This document shows, piece by piece, positions 9,305 through 19,386 of a stretch of 64,000 nucleotides of DNA. A program made the position numbers and the translations under genes. Source of the DNA: an uncultured Pelagibacteraceae bacterium (GTDB lineage: Bacteria > Pseudomonadota > Alphaproteobacteria > Pelagibacterales > Pelagibacteraceae). The stretch spans positions 21,849 through 85,848 of the forward strand of contig CACDSX010000002.1 in assembly GCA_902555655.1 (NCBI GenBank), given 5' to 3'. Within the stretch, counting starts at the first letter, position 1. Every line of letters starts with the position of its first letter. Below the pieces are notes generated by a model. It worked only from the letters and a program-made list of their open reading frames with translations. It searched no databases and had not been told where the DNA came from.

Positions 9305-10210
9305 TTATGAATAATTTTTAATCCAATGTTTAGCTATATCAATTCTTTTACAAATCCATATATCTTTAAATTTTAAAACATAGTCCAAAAATTTTTTTAA
9401 TGACTGAATTCTTCCAGGTCTACCTATTAGTCTGCAATGTAATCCAACAGACATCATTTTAGGGGTTGTTTTTCCTTCTTCATATAAAGCATCAAAACTG
9501 TCTTTTAGATAATTGTAAAAATGATCACCTGTATTAAACCCTTGGTTCGTAGCAAATCTCATATCATTATTATCTAAAGTATAAGGAATGATAAGTTGTT
9601 TTTTTTTATCTCGTTGTTCCCAATAAGGTAGATCATCACTATAACTATCACTATCATATAAAAAACCACCATCCTCAAAAACTAAGTCCCTAGTATTTGG
9701 ACTACATCGACCTGTATACCATCCTAAAGGTCTTGAGCCAAAAATATCTTTAATTGTTTTTATAGCTTGTTGCATATGTTTTTTTTCAACTGTTTTTTTT
9801 ATATTTTGATAGTCAATCCACCTATAACCATGAGCTGCAATTTCATAATCACCATTTTTAATAGCATTACATACTTCAGGGTTTTGTTCTAACGCTAGAC
9901 CAACACCAAAAATTGTTACAGGAATATTTTTTTCTTTAAATAGTTTATCTAATCGCCAAAAACCAGTTTTTGATCCATATTCATAGATACTTTCCATACT
10001 GATATGCCTTCCTTTTATCGCTTTGGCTCCAATAATTTCAGATAAAAAAGTTTCAGAGTATTTATCTCCATTTAAAACAGAGTTTTCTCCACCTTCTTCA
10101 TAGTTCAATACAAATTGTAAAGCTAATTTTGAATTATTTGGCCAGAAGATTTTTTTTCCTTTAGCTCCATATCCAATAAGGTCTCTAGAATTTTTTTTAA
10201 CCATGTACAA
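9305..10210 (-). CDS. puuE: Allantoinase PuuE (polysaccharide deacetylase fold)
   Basis: LNYEEGGE, ESIYEYGS, HGYRW, GWYTGR, NNDMRF, GLHCRLIGRPGR. Confidence 0.93.
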   Translation of the reverse strand: MYMVKKNSRDLIGYGAKGKKIFWPNNSKLALQFVLNYEEGGENSVLNGDKYSETFLSEIIGAKAIKGRHISMESIYEYGSKTGFWRLDKLFKEKNIPVTIFGVGLALEQNPEVCNAIKNGDYEIAAHGYRWIDYQNIKKTVEKKHMQQAIKTIKDIFGSRPLGWYTGRCSPNTRDLVFEDGGFLYDSDSYSDDLPYWEQRDKKKQLIIPYTLDNNDMRFATNQGFNTGDHFYNYLKDSFDALYEEGKTTPKMMSVGLHCRLIGRPGRIQSLKKFLDYVLKFKDIWICKRIDIAKHWIKNYS

Positions 10211-10242
10211 TTATAAATTAATTTAGATTTCTTAACAATTTA

Positions 10243-11433
10243 TTAATTTGAAATAGATTTAGACTTTATACCATCTAAAAAACTTAAGCATTTTTTTAAT
10301 TCATTTAGTTCAATAAATTCATCTACTTTATGTGCTTGTTCAATAGATCCAGGTCCACATACAACAGTGCTAATGCCAATCTCTTGAAATAAACCTGCTT
10401 CGGTTCCAAATGAAACTACTTCTCTAGAATTATCACCAGTTAGACTAGAAACTAATTCACATGCCTCAGATTTTTTAACACGATCAAACCCTGTGACTTC
10501 GCCAATAATTTCTTTTTTTATACTAGACTCAGAAAATACTTTTTTCATTTCTGGTAAAAGAATTTCATTTGCATATTTATCAATCTCACTATTCAAAAAT
10601 ACTCCATCTTCTTTAATGACTGGTCTTGTTTCCCAATTGATATGGCATTTATCAGCAATTACATTATGCGCTATTCCACCAAAAATTCCTCCTACTTGTA
10701 AAGTTGAAAATGGTGGATCAAAAATTGAGTCCTTAGGAACTCTTTTTTTTAGTTCCTCTCTAAGTTCAATTAACTTATTTGCATATCTTGCAGCAAATTC
10801 AACTGCACTTACTCCTTTATGAGGAGCTGAACTATGACCTGCTAAACCTTCAAAATAGGTTGTGTATTCATAACAACCTTTATGAGCATCAATTATTTTC
10901 ATTTTTGTTGGTTCACCAATTATACAAATACCATCTTGAATATTTCTTTTTTTTAATTCCTCTATTAGTATTGGAGCCCCCAAACAAGCCGTCTCTTCAT
11001 CGAAAGTAAAACAAAAATGAATATCTCTGTTTAAGTTTGAGTTAGCATAAATAGGGGCAAAAGCTAAAGTGCATGCTATAAAACCTTTCATATCACAGGA
11101 ACCTCTACCATAAAGTTTGTCATCTTTTACAGTGGCTTTAAATGGATCCGTGCTCCAACTTTTTGAAACTGGCACTGTATCTGTGTGTCCAGATAAAATT
11201 ATTGGTTTTACACCATTAGTTTTTTTTGCTTTAAGGGTAGCAAAAAGATTTACCATCTTTTTTTCTTTATCAAATGTTTTAAAGGAAGTTGCCCCTAACT
11301 TATGCAAATGTTCTTCACAATAATCTATTAAAGCACTGTTATCTTCTCCAGAAATTGTTCTAAAACCTATTAGATCAGTTAAAATCTTTACTGAATCATT
11401 ATATAATTTTTCTAAATTAATTTCTGTACTCAT
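10243..11433 (-). CDS. argE: Acetylornithine deacetylase-like M20 amidohydrolase
   Basis: SGHTDTVP, GRGSCDMKGF, DEE, GEPT, AHKVDE motifs. Confidence 0.8.
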   Translation of the reverse strand: MSTEINLEKLYNDSVKILTDLIGFRTISGEDNSALIDYCEEHLHKLGATSFKTFDKEKKMVNLFATLKAKKTNGVKPIILSGHTDTVPVSKSWSTDPFKATVKDDKLYGRGSCDMKGFIACTLAFAPIYANSNLNRDIHFCFTFDEETACLGAPILIEELKKRNIQDGICIIGEPTKMKIIDAHKGCYEYTTYFEGLAGHSSAPHKGVSAVEFAARYANKLIELREELKKRVPKDSIFDPPFSTLQVGGIFGGIAHNVIADKCHINWETRPVIKEDGVFLNSEIDKYANEILLPEMKKVFSESSIKKEIIGEVTGFDRVKKSEACELVSSLTGDNSREVVSFGTEAGLFQEIGISTVVCGPGSIEQAHKVDEFIELNELKKCLSFLDGIKSKSISN

Positions 11434-11462
11434 TACTAATAATTAATATAAATACTGCATTT

Positions 11463-11804
11463 ATGAAAGAACAAATAACATACGATATTTTTGATAAAGT
11501 TGATATTAGAGTTGGTACTGTGATATCAGTTAAAAAAAATGAAAAAGCAAGAAAACCATCATTAGTTGTTGAAGTAGATTTTGGCAAAGAAATTGGAGTA
11601 AAACAATCTTCAGCTCAAATTACCCATTATTATAATGAGGAAAATTTAAAAGGAAAACAAGTAATCGGAGTGTGTAATTTTGCCAAAAAAAATATTGCAG
11701 GAATTGTTTCCCAGGTCTTAATTTTAGGCTCTATCGACAAAGAAGGAAAAGTAATTTTAGTTCATCCTTCGCAAAAATCTGAAAACGGATTACCGATAGC
11801 ATAA
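11463..11804 (+). CDS. csaA: CsaA tRNA-binding / secretion chaperone (OB fold)
   Basis: DIRVGT, VDFG, SSAQIT motifs; 113 aa. Confidence 0.85.
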   Translation: MKEQITYDIFDKVDIRVGTVISVKKNEKARKPSLVVEVDFGKEIGVKQSSAQITHYYNEENLKGKQVIGVCNFAKKNIAGIVSQVLILGSIDKEGKVILVHPSQKSENGLPIA

Positions 11805-11806
11805 AA

Positions 11807-12397
11807 ATGCATCCTGAAATATTATCAATAGCTATATTTTGGTTTGTAACTGCTTACACACCAGGACCAAACAATGTAGTGGCTTCGTATTCAGGTTTTA
11901 ATTTTGGAATTACTAAAACCATCCCCCATATTCTTGGAGTAACCTTGGGTTTTACCTCATTAGTTATTTTTTTAACAATTGGTTTGATTAATGTTTTTAA
12001 ACTATTTCCAATTATACAAATCACAATTAAATACTTGGGAACTTTGTTTTTAATTTATTTGGCATATAAGATTGCTTCCTCTACCAACTCAAATGAAGTT
12101 CAAAAAGAAAATCCAGTAAAATTTTTAGAAACTTTTCTTTTTCAATATTTAAATCCTAAAGGTGTAATGGTAGCGATTATAGTTGTTTCAACTTATGTTG
12201 AATTAGGGGAAAACTATATTAACTATGCGACTCAAGTAGTGCTTCTAGCATTCTTGTTTTCAGCTACTAGTATTACCTTATGGACATTTATAGGTAAATT
12301 TTTAAGGAAATTTGCGACAAATGATAAATTTATTAAGTACTTTAATTATGCTATGTCAGGGCTTCTTCTTTTGAGCATAATTACATTTTATATATAA
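11807..12397 (+). CDS. LysE/RhtB family exporter
   Basis: TPGPNN and FQYLNPKG motifs; about six TM segments. Confidence 0.88.
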   Translation: MHPEILSIAIFWFVTAYTPGPNNVVASYSGFNFGITKTIPHILGVTLGFTSLVIFLTIGLINVFKLFPIIQITIKYLGTLFLIYLAYKIASSTNSNEVQKENPVKFLETFLFQYLNPKGVMVAIIVVSTYVELGENYINYATQVVLLAFLFSATSITLWTFIGKFLRKFATNDKFIKYFNYAMSGLLLLSIITFYI

Positions 12398-12400
12398 ACT

Positions 12401-15072
12401 ATGAAACCAGGAACAAAAAATTCATACAACTCCTTATCTGAAATAAAGATTAATGATAAAAATTACAAATTTTTTTCTCTTACTGAGGCAGAAAAAAATG
12501 GTTTAACTGGCATTTCAAAATTGCCAAAATCACTTAAGGTACTTTTGGAAAATCTTTTAAGATATGAAGATAATTTATCAGTCAATAAAAATCAAATTGA
12601 AGCAATAAAAAATTGGCTGAAAGAAAAAAAATCTAAAACTGAAATTGCATATAGACCAGCTAGAGTTTTGCTACAAGATTATACTGGAATACCAGCTGTT
12701 GCAGATTTAGCAGCCATGCGTGAGGCTGTTAAAGAAAAAAATAAAGACCCAAATACTATCAACCCACTTTCTGCAGTTGATCTTGTAATAGACCATTCTG
12801 TACAAGTAGATCAATCGGCAAAATCAGATTCTTTTGACAAAAATGTAGAAATAGAATTTAACAGAAACGGTGAAAGATATTCTTTTTTAAAGTGGGGACA
12901 ACAAGCATTTAATAATTTTAGGATTGTACCACCTGGTACAGGAATATGTCATCAGGTAAACCTGGAATATCTATCTAAGGTAGTTTGGTCAGCAAAACAT
13001 AATGATGATAATTATTTATTCCCAGACACACTAGTAGGCACAGATAGTCATACTACTATGGTAAATGGATTATCAGTATTAGGTTGGGGTGTTGGTGGTA
13101 TTGAGGCTGAAGCTGGAATGTTGGGTCAACCAATATCGATGTTAATTCCAGAAGTAATAGGTTTTGAAGTAAAAAATAAAATGCCTGAAGGTACAACTGC
13201 AACTGATTTAGTTTTAACTGTTGTAAAGATGTTAAGGGACAAGGGTGTCGTAGGCAAATTCGTAGAATTTTATGGAGAAGGATTAAAAAATTTAACATTA
13301 GCTGATCGTGCGACTATCGCAAATATGGCTCCTGAATATGGAGCTACTTGTGGTTTTTTTCCAATAGATGATGAAACCTTAAAATATCTTAAATTCTCTG
13401 GAAGAGATAAAAATACAGTTAAAATAGTTGAAGATTATGCAAAGGCACAAGGTTTATGGTCTAGTGATGATATTGAGTTTACTGATACTTTAACCTTAGA
13501 TATGTCTACAATAGTTCCAACAATATCTGGACCTAAAAGACCACAAGATAAAGTTTTATTAACAGATGCTTCAATTAGTTTTAATAAAAGCTTTAAAGAA
13601 ATTACAAAAAAAACAGATTATTCTGTTTCTAAAGTGCCTAATTCAGAATTTGAGATTAAAGATGGTTCAATTTTAATTGCTGCAATAACTTCTTGTACAA
13701 ACACATCTAACCCAAATGTTCTCATAGGAGCTGGTTTGCTCGCAAAAAAAGCTGTAGAATTAGGTCTTGAAGTTAAACCCTGGGTCAAAACTTCCTTGGC
13801 GCCAGGATCTCAAGTGGTTACTGATTATTTAAAGAAGGCTGGATTAAATACTTATTTGGATAAACTTGGATTTAATTTAGTTGGTTATGGTTGTACAACT
13901 TGTATAGGTAATTCTGGACCATTGGATGAGAACATTGTTAAAGCCATACAAAACGAAAATATTTATGCAGTTTCAGTTCTATCAGGTAATAGAAATTTTG
14001 AGGGAAGAATTTCACCACATATAAAAGCAAATTATTTAGCGTCACCCCCACTTGTTGTAGCTTATGCTCTGGCTGGTCATATGAATTTTGATTTATACAA
14101 AGACTCACTTGGTAAAGATACAAAAGGCAAAGATATTTTTATGAAAGATCTTTGGCCATCAAATAGGGAGATTGAAGAAACTCTCAAATCATCCTTAAGT
14201 GCAGAAATGTTTATTAAAAGATATTCTAATGTTTCAGAGGGGCCAAAACAATGGCAACAAATAAAAACTGAAAAAAGTAGTATTTATAAATGGGAAGACA
14301 ATTCAACTTATGTGAAAAAACCACCTTTTTTTGATAATCTTCCAGATAAACCTGAGGGTTTTAAAGAAATTAAGGACGCAAGACCATTGTTGATTTTAGG
14401 TGATATGGTAACAACAGACCATATTTCTCCAGCCGGTAATATTCAAAAAGAAAGTCCTACAGGAGAATATTTTATGAAACATCAAATTTTACCTAAAGAC
14501 TATAATTCTTACGGCTCAAGAAGAGGAAATCACGAAGTTATGATGAGAGGCACTTTTGCTAATATAAGAATTAGAAATGAAATGGCACCTGGAACAGAGG
14601 GGGGGGGCTTACAAAATTATATCCAGAGGAAAAAGTCATGCCAATTTATGATGCAGTTGTTGAATATAAAAAAAGAGGTACAGATTTAGTTGTTATAGGT
14701 GGGAAAGAATATGGTACTGGATCATCTAGGGATTGGGCAGCAAAAGGAACAAAGTTATTGGGTGTAAAAGCAGTAATTGCAGAAAGCTTTGAAAGAATTC
14801 ATAGATCAAATTTAATAGGTATGGGAATTTTGCCATTACAATTTATAAATAATATAAATAGAACAAATTTAAATTTAATAGGTTCTGAATTAATTAGTGT
14901 TAACGAAATAGAAAAAGGAATTAATCCCTCAGATAATGTAACACTAGAAATAAAATATATTTCAGGAGAAATAAAAAAAATTGAAACATTGTGTAGGATC
15001 GATACTAAAAATGAGTTAGAGTATTATAAAAACGGGGGAATACTCCAATATGTTTTAAGAAATATGATTTAA
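12401..15072 (+). CDS. acnA: Aconitate hydratase A, split by a frameshift at a G9 run (14599-14607)
   Basis: ORF 12401-14689 carries QDYTG, DHSVQVD, DSHT, SCTNTSNP, GCTTCIGNSG, TTDHISPAG; ORF 14638-15072 carries GTGSSRDWAAKG, ESFERIHRSNL. The frames join if the G run is 7 or 10 long. Confidence 0.93.
14599..14607 (+). repeat. G9 homopolymer at the acnA frameshift
   Basis: ACAGA-GGGGGGGGG-CTTACA, read directly. Confidence 0.9.
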
Positions 15073-15074
15073 TT

Positions 15075-15719
15075 ATGGATGAAGATATTACAATTATTAA
15101 TGAAAAAACAAGAAATGAAAAAATTAAAAATTTTTTAATTCAAAATAAAAGAATATTAATTTTTATATTATCGTTTTTAGTAATAGTTATATTAGGCTTT
15201 TATTCTTATCAAATATACAAAGATGGGCATAGGGAATGGTTATCGGATAAATATAATAGTGCAGTAATTAAATATAATAGCGGCGATAAATCAGAAATTA
15301 AATCTGCAATGAAAGAAGTAGTGGAAGATAAGGATACTACTTATTCCCCATTAGCACTATATTTTTTAATAGACAATAATTTGATTGCAAATAAAGGTGA
15401 AGCTAATGATTTATTTAATATTCTGATAGATGAAACTTCTTTAGAAGAGGAAATCAAGAATCTTATTATATATAAAAAAGCATTATTTAATGCGGACTCA
15501 AGTGATGAAAATCAATTACTAGATATATTAAAACCACTGCTTAATTCAAAAAGTATTTGGAAATCTCATGCTTTATATTTACTCGGTGAGTATTTTTATT
15601 TTAAAAATGAGAAACAAAAATCTAAGGAATTTTTCACACAAATACTCAATACTAAGAACGCAAATCAAGATATAATTAAAGAAGCGCGTAAAAGACTTAA
15701 TAGAGATTTAAGTGATTAA
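15075..15719 (+). CDS. YfgM-like membrane-anchored TPR protein
   Basis: One N-terminal TM followed by a helical TPR-like region; directly upstream of a BamB-like gene. Confidence 0.65.
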   Translation: MDEDITIINEKTRNEKIKNFLIQNKRILIFILSFLVIVILGFYSYQIYKDGHREWLSDKYNSAVIKYNSGDKSEIKSAMKEVVEDKDTTYSPLALYFLIDNNLIANKGEANDLFNILIDETSLEEEIKNLIIYKKALFNADSSDENQLLDILKPLLNSKSIWKSHALYLLGEYFYFKNEKQKSKEFFTQILNTKNANQDIIKEARKRLNRDLSD

Positions 15720-17013
15720 CATTCTTAAATTTATTGTTTTTATTTTTTTACTTAATTCATGCTCATTAGGTGATGGAGGTGGATTTTGGACAAAAGAAGA
15801 AAATATAAAAAATGAATTATTAAATTTTAAACCGTTATTTAAAAAAAATGATTCAGTTTTAAAAGAATTCAATAAAAATTTTCAATTTTCATTAAATAAA
15901 AAAGATCTTAAGCTTAATTTTAATTCTAGAAACGACAACAATGATGGGTATGTATTATTTAAAGGAAAATTTGAAAAAATTCAAAAATATAATTTTTCTC
16001 AAATTAAAAATTTTCATGAATTAGAAACAAATATTATTTTTAGTGGTAAAGACTTAATTTTTTTTAATAATAAGGGTTCAATTTTGAGCTTTAATCAAAA
16101 TTCAAAATTGAAATGGAAAATAAATAATTATTCCAAAAATGAAAAAAAATTAAAACCAATAATATCAATGACTAACAATAATAAACAATTATTTGTATCT
16201 GACAATCTTTCAAAAATTTATTCAGTAAATCTTATTAATGGAAAAATATTATGGTCAAAAAAAAACTCATTACCGTTTAATTCGGTGATAAAATTTTTTG
16301 ACAATAAAATTTTTGTAGTTGATGCAAATAATAATTTAAATTGTTTTTCAGCAAAAGATGGTAGTTTACTTTGGCTACACAAAACAGAAAAATCATTCAT
16401 AAATTCATCTAAAAAATTACCTATTTTAATTAAAGATGAGATTGTAACTTTTTCAAACTCTCTTGGCGATATAACGGCGATTGATATAAACAATGGTTCA
16501 TTGATATGGCAAAAATCTACTCAAAACTCTAATATATATGAGGATATAATGACATTAAAAATGTCTAATCTAATTTTAAATGATGAATCAATTTATTTTT
16601 CGAATAATAAAAATCAATTTTACTCAATTGATTTTAATACCGGCATTACCAATTGGACCCAGGAAATTAATTCAAATGTGAAACCAGCTATAATTGGAAA
16701 TTTTATATTTACAATCTCATTAGAGGGATATTTTTTTATAATTGAAAAAAATACAGGAAATATTTTAAGAATAACAAATATTTTTGATAAGCTGAAAAAG
16801 AAAAAAAATGAAAAGATTTTTCCAACTGGGTTTATTTTTAATTTTCAAAATTTGTTTATTTCAACAAATAGTGGAAGATTGTTAGTTGTAGATATAAAAA
16901 CAGGTAAAATAAAAAATGTTTTAAAGATAGATAGTAATATTATTTCAAGACCTGTTGTTCAAAGTCAAAACATGTACGTAATTAAGAATAACTCTATTAT
17001 AAAATTAAATTAA
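15712..17013 (+). CDS. PQQ-like beta-propeller lipoprotein (BamB-like)
   Basis: Lipobox LLNSC; repeated GxxxW propeller motifs (NGKILWS, DGSLLWL, NGSLIWQ, TGITNWT). Confidence 0.75.
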   Translation: MINILKFIVFIFLLNSCSLGDGGGFWTKEENIKNELLNFKPLFKKNDSVLKEFNKNFQFSLNKKDLKLNFNSRNDNNDGYVLFKGKFEKIQKYNFSQIKNFHELETNIIFSGKDLIFFNNKGSILSFNQNSKLKWKINNYSKNEKKLKPIISMTNNNKQLFVSDNLSKIYSVNLINGKILWSKKNSLPFNSVIKFFDNKIFVVDANNNLNCFSAKDGSLLWLHKTEKSFINSSKKLPILIKDEIVTFSNSLGDITAIDINNGSLIWQKSTQNSNIYEDIMTLKMSNLILNDESIYFSNNKNQFYSIDFNTGITNWTQEINSNVKPAIIGNFIFTISLEGYFFIIEKNTGNILRITNIFDKLKKKKNEKIFPTGFIFNFQNLFISTNSGRLLVVDIKTGKIKNVLKIDSNIISRPVVQSQNMYVIKNNSIIKLN

Positions 17014-17014
17014 G

Positions 17015-17443
17015 ATGTTTCTTAAATTTCTTGAAAATATAGGTAGAAAAAAAGTTGTACTTGATAGGGGAGCCTCGCATCCAAGATTTGATTTGGCTAA
17101 ACCATGGATGAATAGATATTATGTTTTATTTAGAAATAGACCTAAATGGTTTCCATTTAATATTTTAATTCATGAGATGCTTGCTGATGATCATGGTGAC
17201 GGTGTTCATAACCACTTGTGTCCATATATAACAATTATTTTGAGAGGAGGTTATTGGGAAACAAGAGAAAATGGAAAATATTGGAGAAAACCAGGTTATA
17301 TAGGTTTTCGTTCTGCTAATTCATATCACAGAGTTGACTTAAAAGAAGGCACTAAACCAATGACTGTTTTTATACCAGGACCTTTTGGATTAAGAAAGGG
17401 ACCAAGATCGGAATATGGAATAGATTTTAAAACAAAAAAATGA
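17015..17443 (+). CDS. Hypothetical cupin-like protein
   Basis: HNH...IILRGGYWE and YHRV resemble the two cupin metal-binding motifs. Confidence 0.5.
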   Translation: MFLKFLENIGRKKVVLDRGASHPRFDLAKPWMNRYYVLFRNRPKWFPFNILIHEMLADDHGDGVHNHLCPYITIILRGGYWETRENGKYWRKPGYIGFRSANSYHRVDLKEGTKPMTVFIPGPFGLRKGPRSEYGIDFKTKK

Positions 17444-18486
17444 ATTTAAATCAGAGTTTTTTGAAACATTGCGAAGTTAACAAATTTGAAATTAATCAAA
17501 ATCAATTAGATGTAATCGATAATCTAAAAGATTATTACAATGATAATTTTCATCAAAGTTTACTAAGTAAAATTTTTAAAAAAAAAACTTCTGAGCTAGG
17601 ATTTTATCTAGTTGGCGACGTAGGTGTTGGTAAAACAATGATTTTAAATTTTTTCTTTAATCAATTAAATAAAAAAAAACTAAGACTGCATTTTAATGAA
17701 TTTATGATCAAATTTCATAATTTTATTTTTGAAAACAAAAATAAAAACAATGGAATTGAATTATTTGTGAAAGACTTGAGTAAAAAAGCTCAATTAATTT
17801 ATTTTGATGAATTTCAAGTTACTAATATTGTAGATGCTATGATTTTAGGTAAATTATTTAAAAAAATATTTGATGAAAAAATTAAAGTAATTTTTTCTTC
17901 GAATATTAAAATCAATGATTTATATAAAGATGGACTGCAAAGAGATCAGTTTATTCCATTCATAAAGATTTTAGAAAAAAATTCATTTGAAAAAGAATTG
18001 TTAATAGAAGATGATTATAGATTAGATAATAATAAAAGTTTAGATAGATTTTTATCTCCAATTAATCAATCAACTAACTTTGCATTTAATAAGTTTTTAA
18101 GAAAAATTACTAAAGATAAGAATAAATCTACAAAAATTTTAGAGATAAAGGGACGTAAAATAGAAATTAAAAATTTTTTTGATGGTATCATGAAAATTGA
18201 GTTTAATGAATTATGTAACAGAAATTTGGGTTCTGAAGATTATATTAGTATTGCAAATAGCTGCGATTTTCTTCTTATTGAGGATTTACCTGATTTTAAT
18301 GAAGATAACTCAAATCAACAACAAAGGTTTATTACTCTAATTGATATTCTTTACGAAAAAAAAATTCCTTTGATGATTACATCTAGAATAGATTTAGAGT
18401 CAATTAATTCATCAAAAAGTTTGATTGGACCATTCAAAAGAACTGTCAGTCGATTATATGAGCTAACCTCAATAAATTATAATTAG
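17440..18486 (+). CDS. zapE: AFG1/ZapE family ATPase
   Basis: Walker A GDVGVGKT, FDEFQVTNIVDAMIL, LYKDGLQR, RFITLID, RTVSRL. Confidence 0.9.
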   Translation: MNLNQSFLKHCEVNKFEINQNQLDVIDNLKDYYNDNFHQSLLSKIFKKKTSELGFYLVGDVGVGKTMILNFFFNQLNKKKLRLHFNEFMIKFHNFIFENKNKNNGIELFVKDLSKKAQLIYFDEFQVTNIVDAMILGKLFKKIFDEKIKVIFSSNIKINDLYKDGLQRDQFIPFIKILEKNSFEKELLIEDDYRLDNNKSLDRFLSPINQSTNFAFNKFLRKITKDKNKSTKILEIKGRKIEIKNFFDGIMKIEFNELCNRNLGSEDYISIANSCDFLLIEDLPDFNEDNSNQQQRFITLIDILYEKKIPLMITSRIDLESINSSKSLIGPFKRTVSRLYELTSINYN

Positions 18487-18489
18487 AAT

Positions 18490-18909
18490 ATGAAACAAGA
18501 ATTCTTTGATTTGAAAATTAATACAAATGGTCAAAAACTTTACGAGTTTACAGATCAAGTAATAGATTGGATTAAAAAAAATAATTTTAAAAATGGTATC
18601 TTGAACTTAAATATTCAACACACTAGTGCGTCACTTATTGTCCAAGAAAATGCTGATCCAAATGTACAAACAGATCTAATTAATTATTTCAATAAATTAG
18701 TGCCAATGGATAATTCTCTTTATATTCATACAACTGAAGGTAAAGATGATATGCCAGCTCATATAAAGTCATCATTAACTAACAATCAAATAACTTTAAG
18801 TATCAAAAATGGAGACCCTATACTTGGAACTTGGCAGGGTTTATATCTTTTTGAACATCGTTTAGCTCCTCAATCGAGAAAAATAACCTTTCATTATTTA
18901 GGAGAATAA
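18490..18909 (+). CDS. yjbQ: YjbQ / UPF0047 family protein
   Basis: HTSASL, ENADP, EGKDDMPAHIKS, LGTWQG. Confidence 0.9.
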   Translation: MKQEFFDLKINTNGQKLYEFTDQVIDWIKKNNFKNGILNLNIQHTSASLIVQENADPNVQTDLINYFNKLVPMDNSLYIHTTEGKDDMPAHIKSSLTNNQITLSIKNGDPILGTWQGLYLFEHRLAPQSRKITFHYLGE

Positions 18910-18916
18910 TATTCAC

Positions 18917-19378
18917 CTACCTATAAGGATTATAAGCCCATTGTAAAATTGCTTGTCTTTGTCTTCTTCTACAACCAAGATCACCTTTTTCGCAATTTTT
19001 TTCAATTGCGAGAACATGTCTTCTAAAATTTTTCCATCTTTTAATTTGAATTTCATCAATTTGTGGAATTCTTCTCCCGTTAGTAAATCTACAATACCAC
19101 TGGAACCAACCCAGAGGGTCTTCTTTGAAAATCCACCCTTTTTCAATCCAATGTTCTCTTGATAGTCCTGAAACAATTTTGAACCTGTTTAAATTTACAT
19201 CAAAAGTTTTACTTAGTTTTACATTTTTAAACCATGTTTTTGGATATTCTTTTACATTTAACCCAAAATAAGCTCCCCCAAAGACACCTAATTCCATCAT
19301 TTTTTTTGGAGTTAATTCTGGTTTGAAAATCTTATAAAAATCCAGATTATTAAATTTCTTTTTTATAATTTTTTTCAT
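18917..19378 (-). CDS. Conserved hypothetical protein (DPxGWFQWYCR family)
   Basis: Trp-rich motifs GVFGGAYF, DPLGWFQWYCRF..GRR, RQAILQWAY; follows dpaL on the same strand. Confidence 0.75.
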   Translation of the reverse strand: MKKIIKKKFNNLDFYKIFKPELTPKKMMELGVFGGAYFGLNVKEYPKTWFKNVKLSKTFDVNLNRFKIVSGLSREHWIEKGWIFKEDPLGWFQWYCRFTNGRRIPQIDEIQIKRWKNFRRHVLAIEKNCEKGDLGCRRRQRQAILQWAYNPYR

Positions 19379-19386
19379 TAAAATTT

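Noticed and set aside
14638-15072. 144-aa ORF as an independent gene
   Set aside because: It is the C-terminal swivel domain of AcnA; homology continues upstream of its ATG to the G9 run
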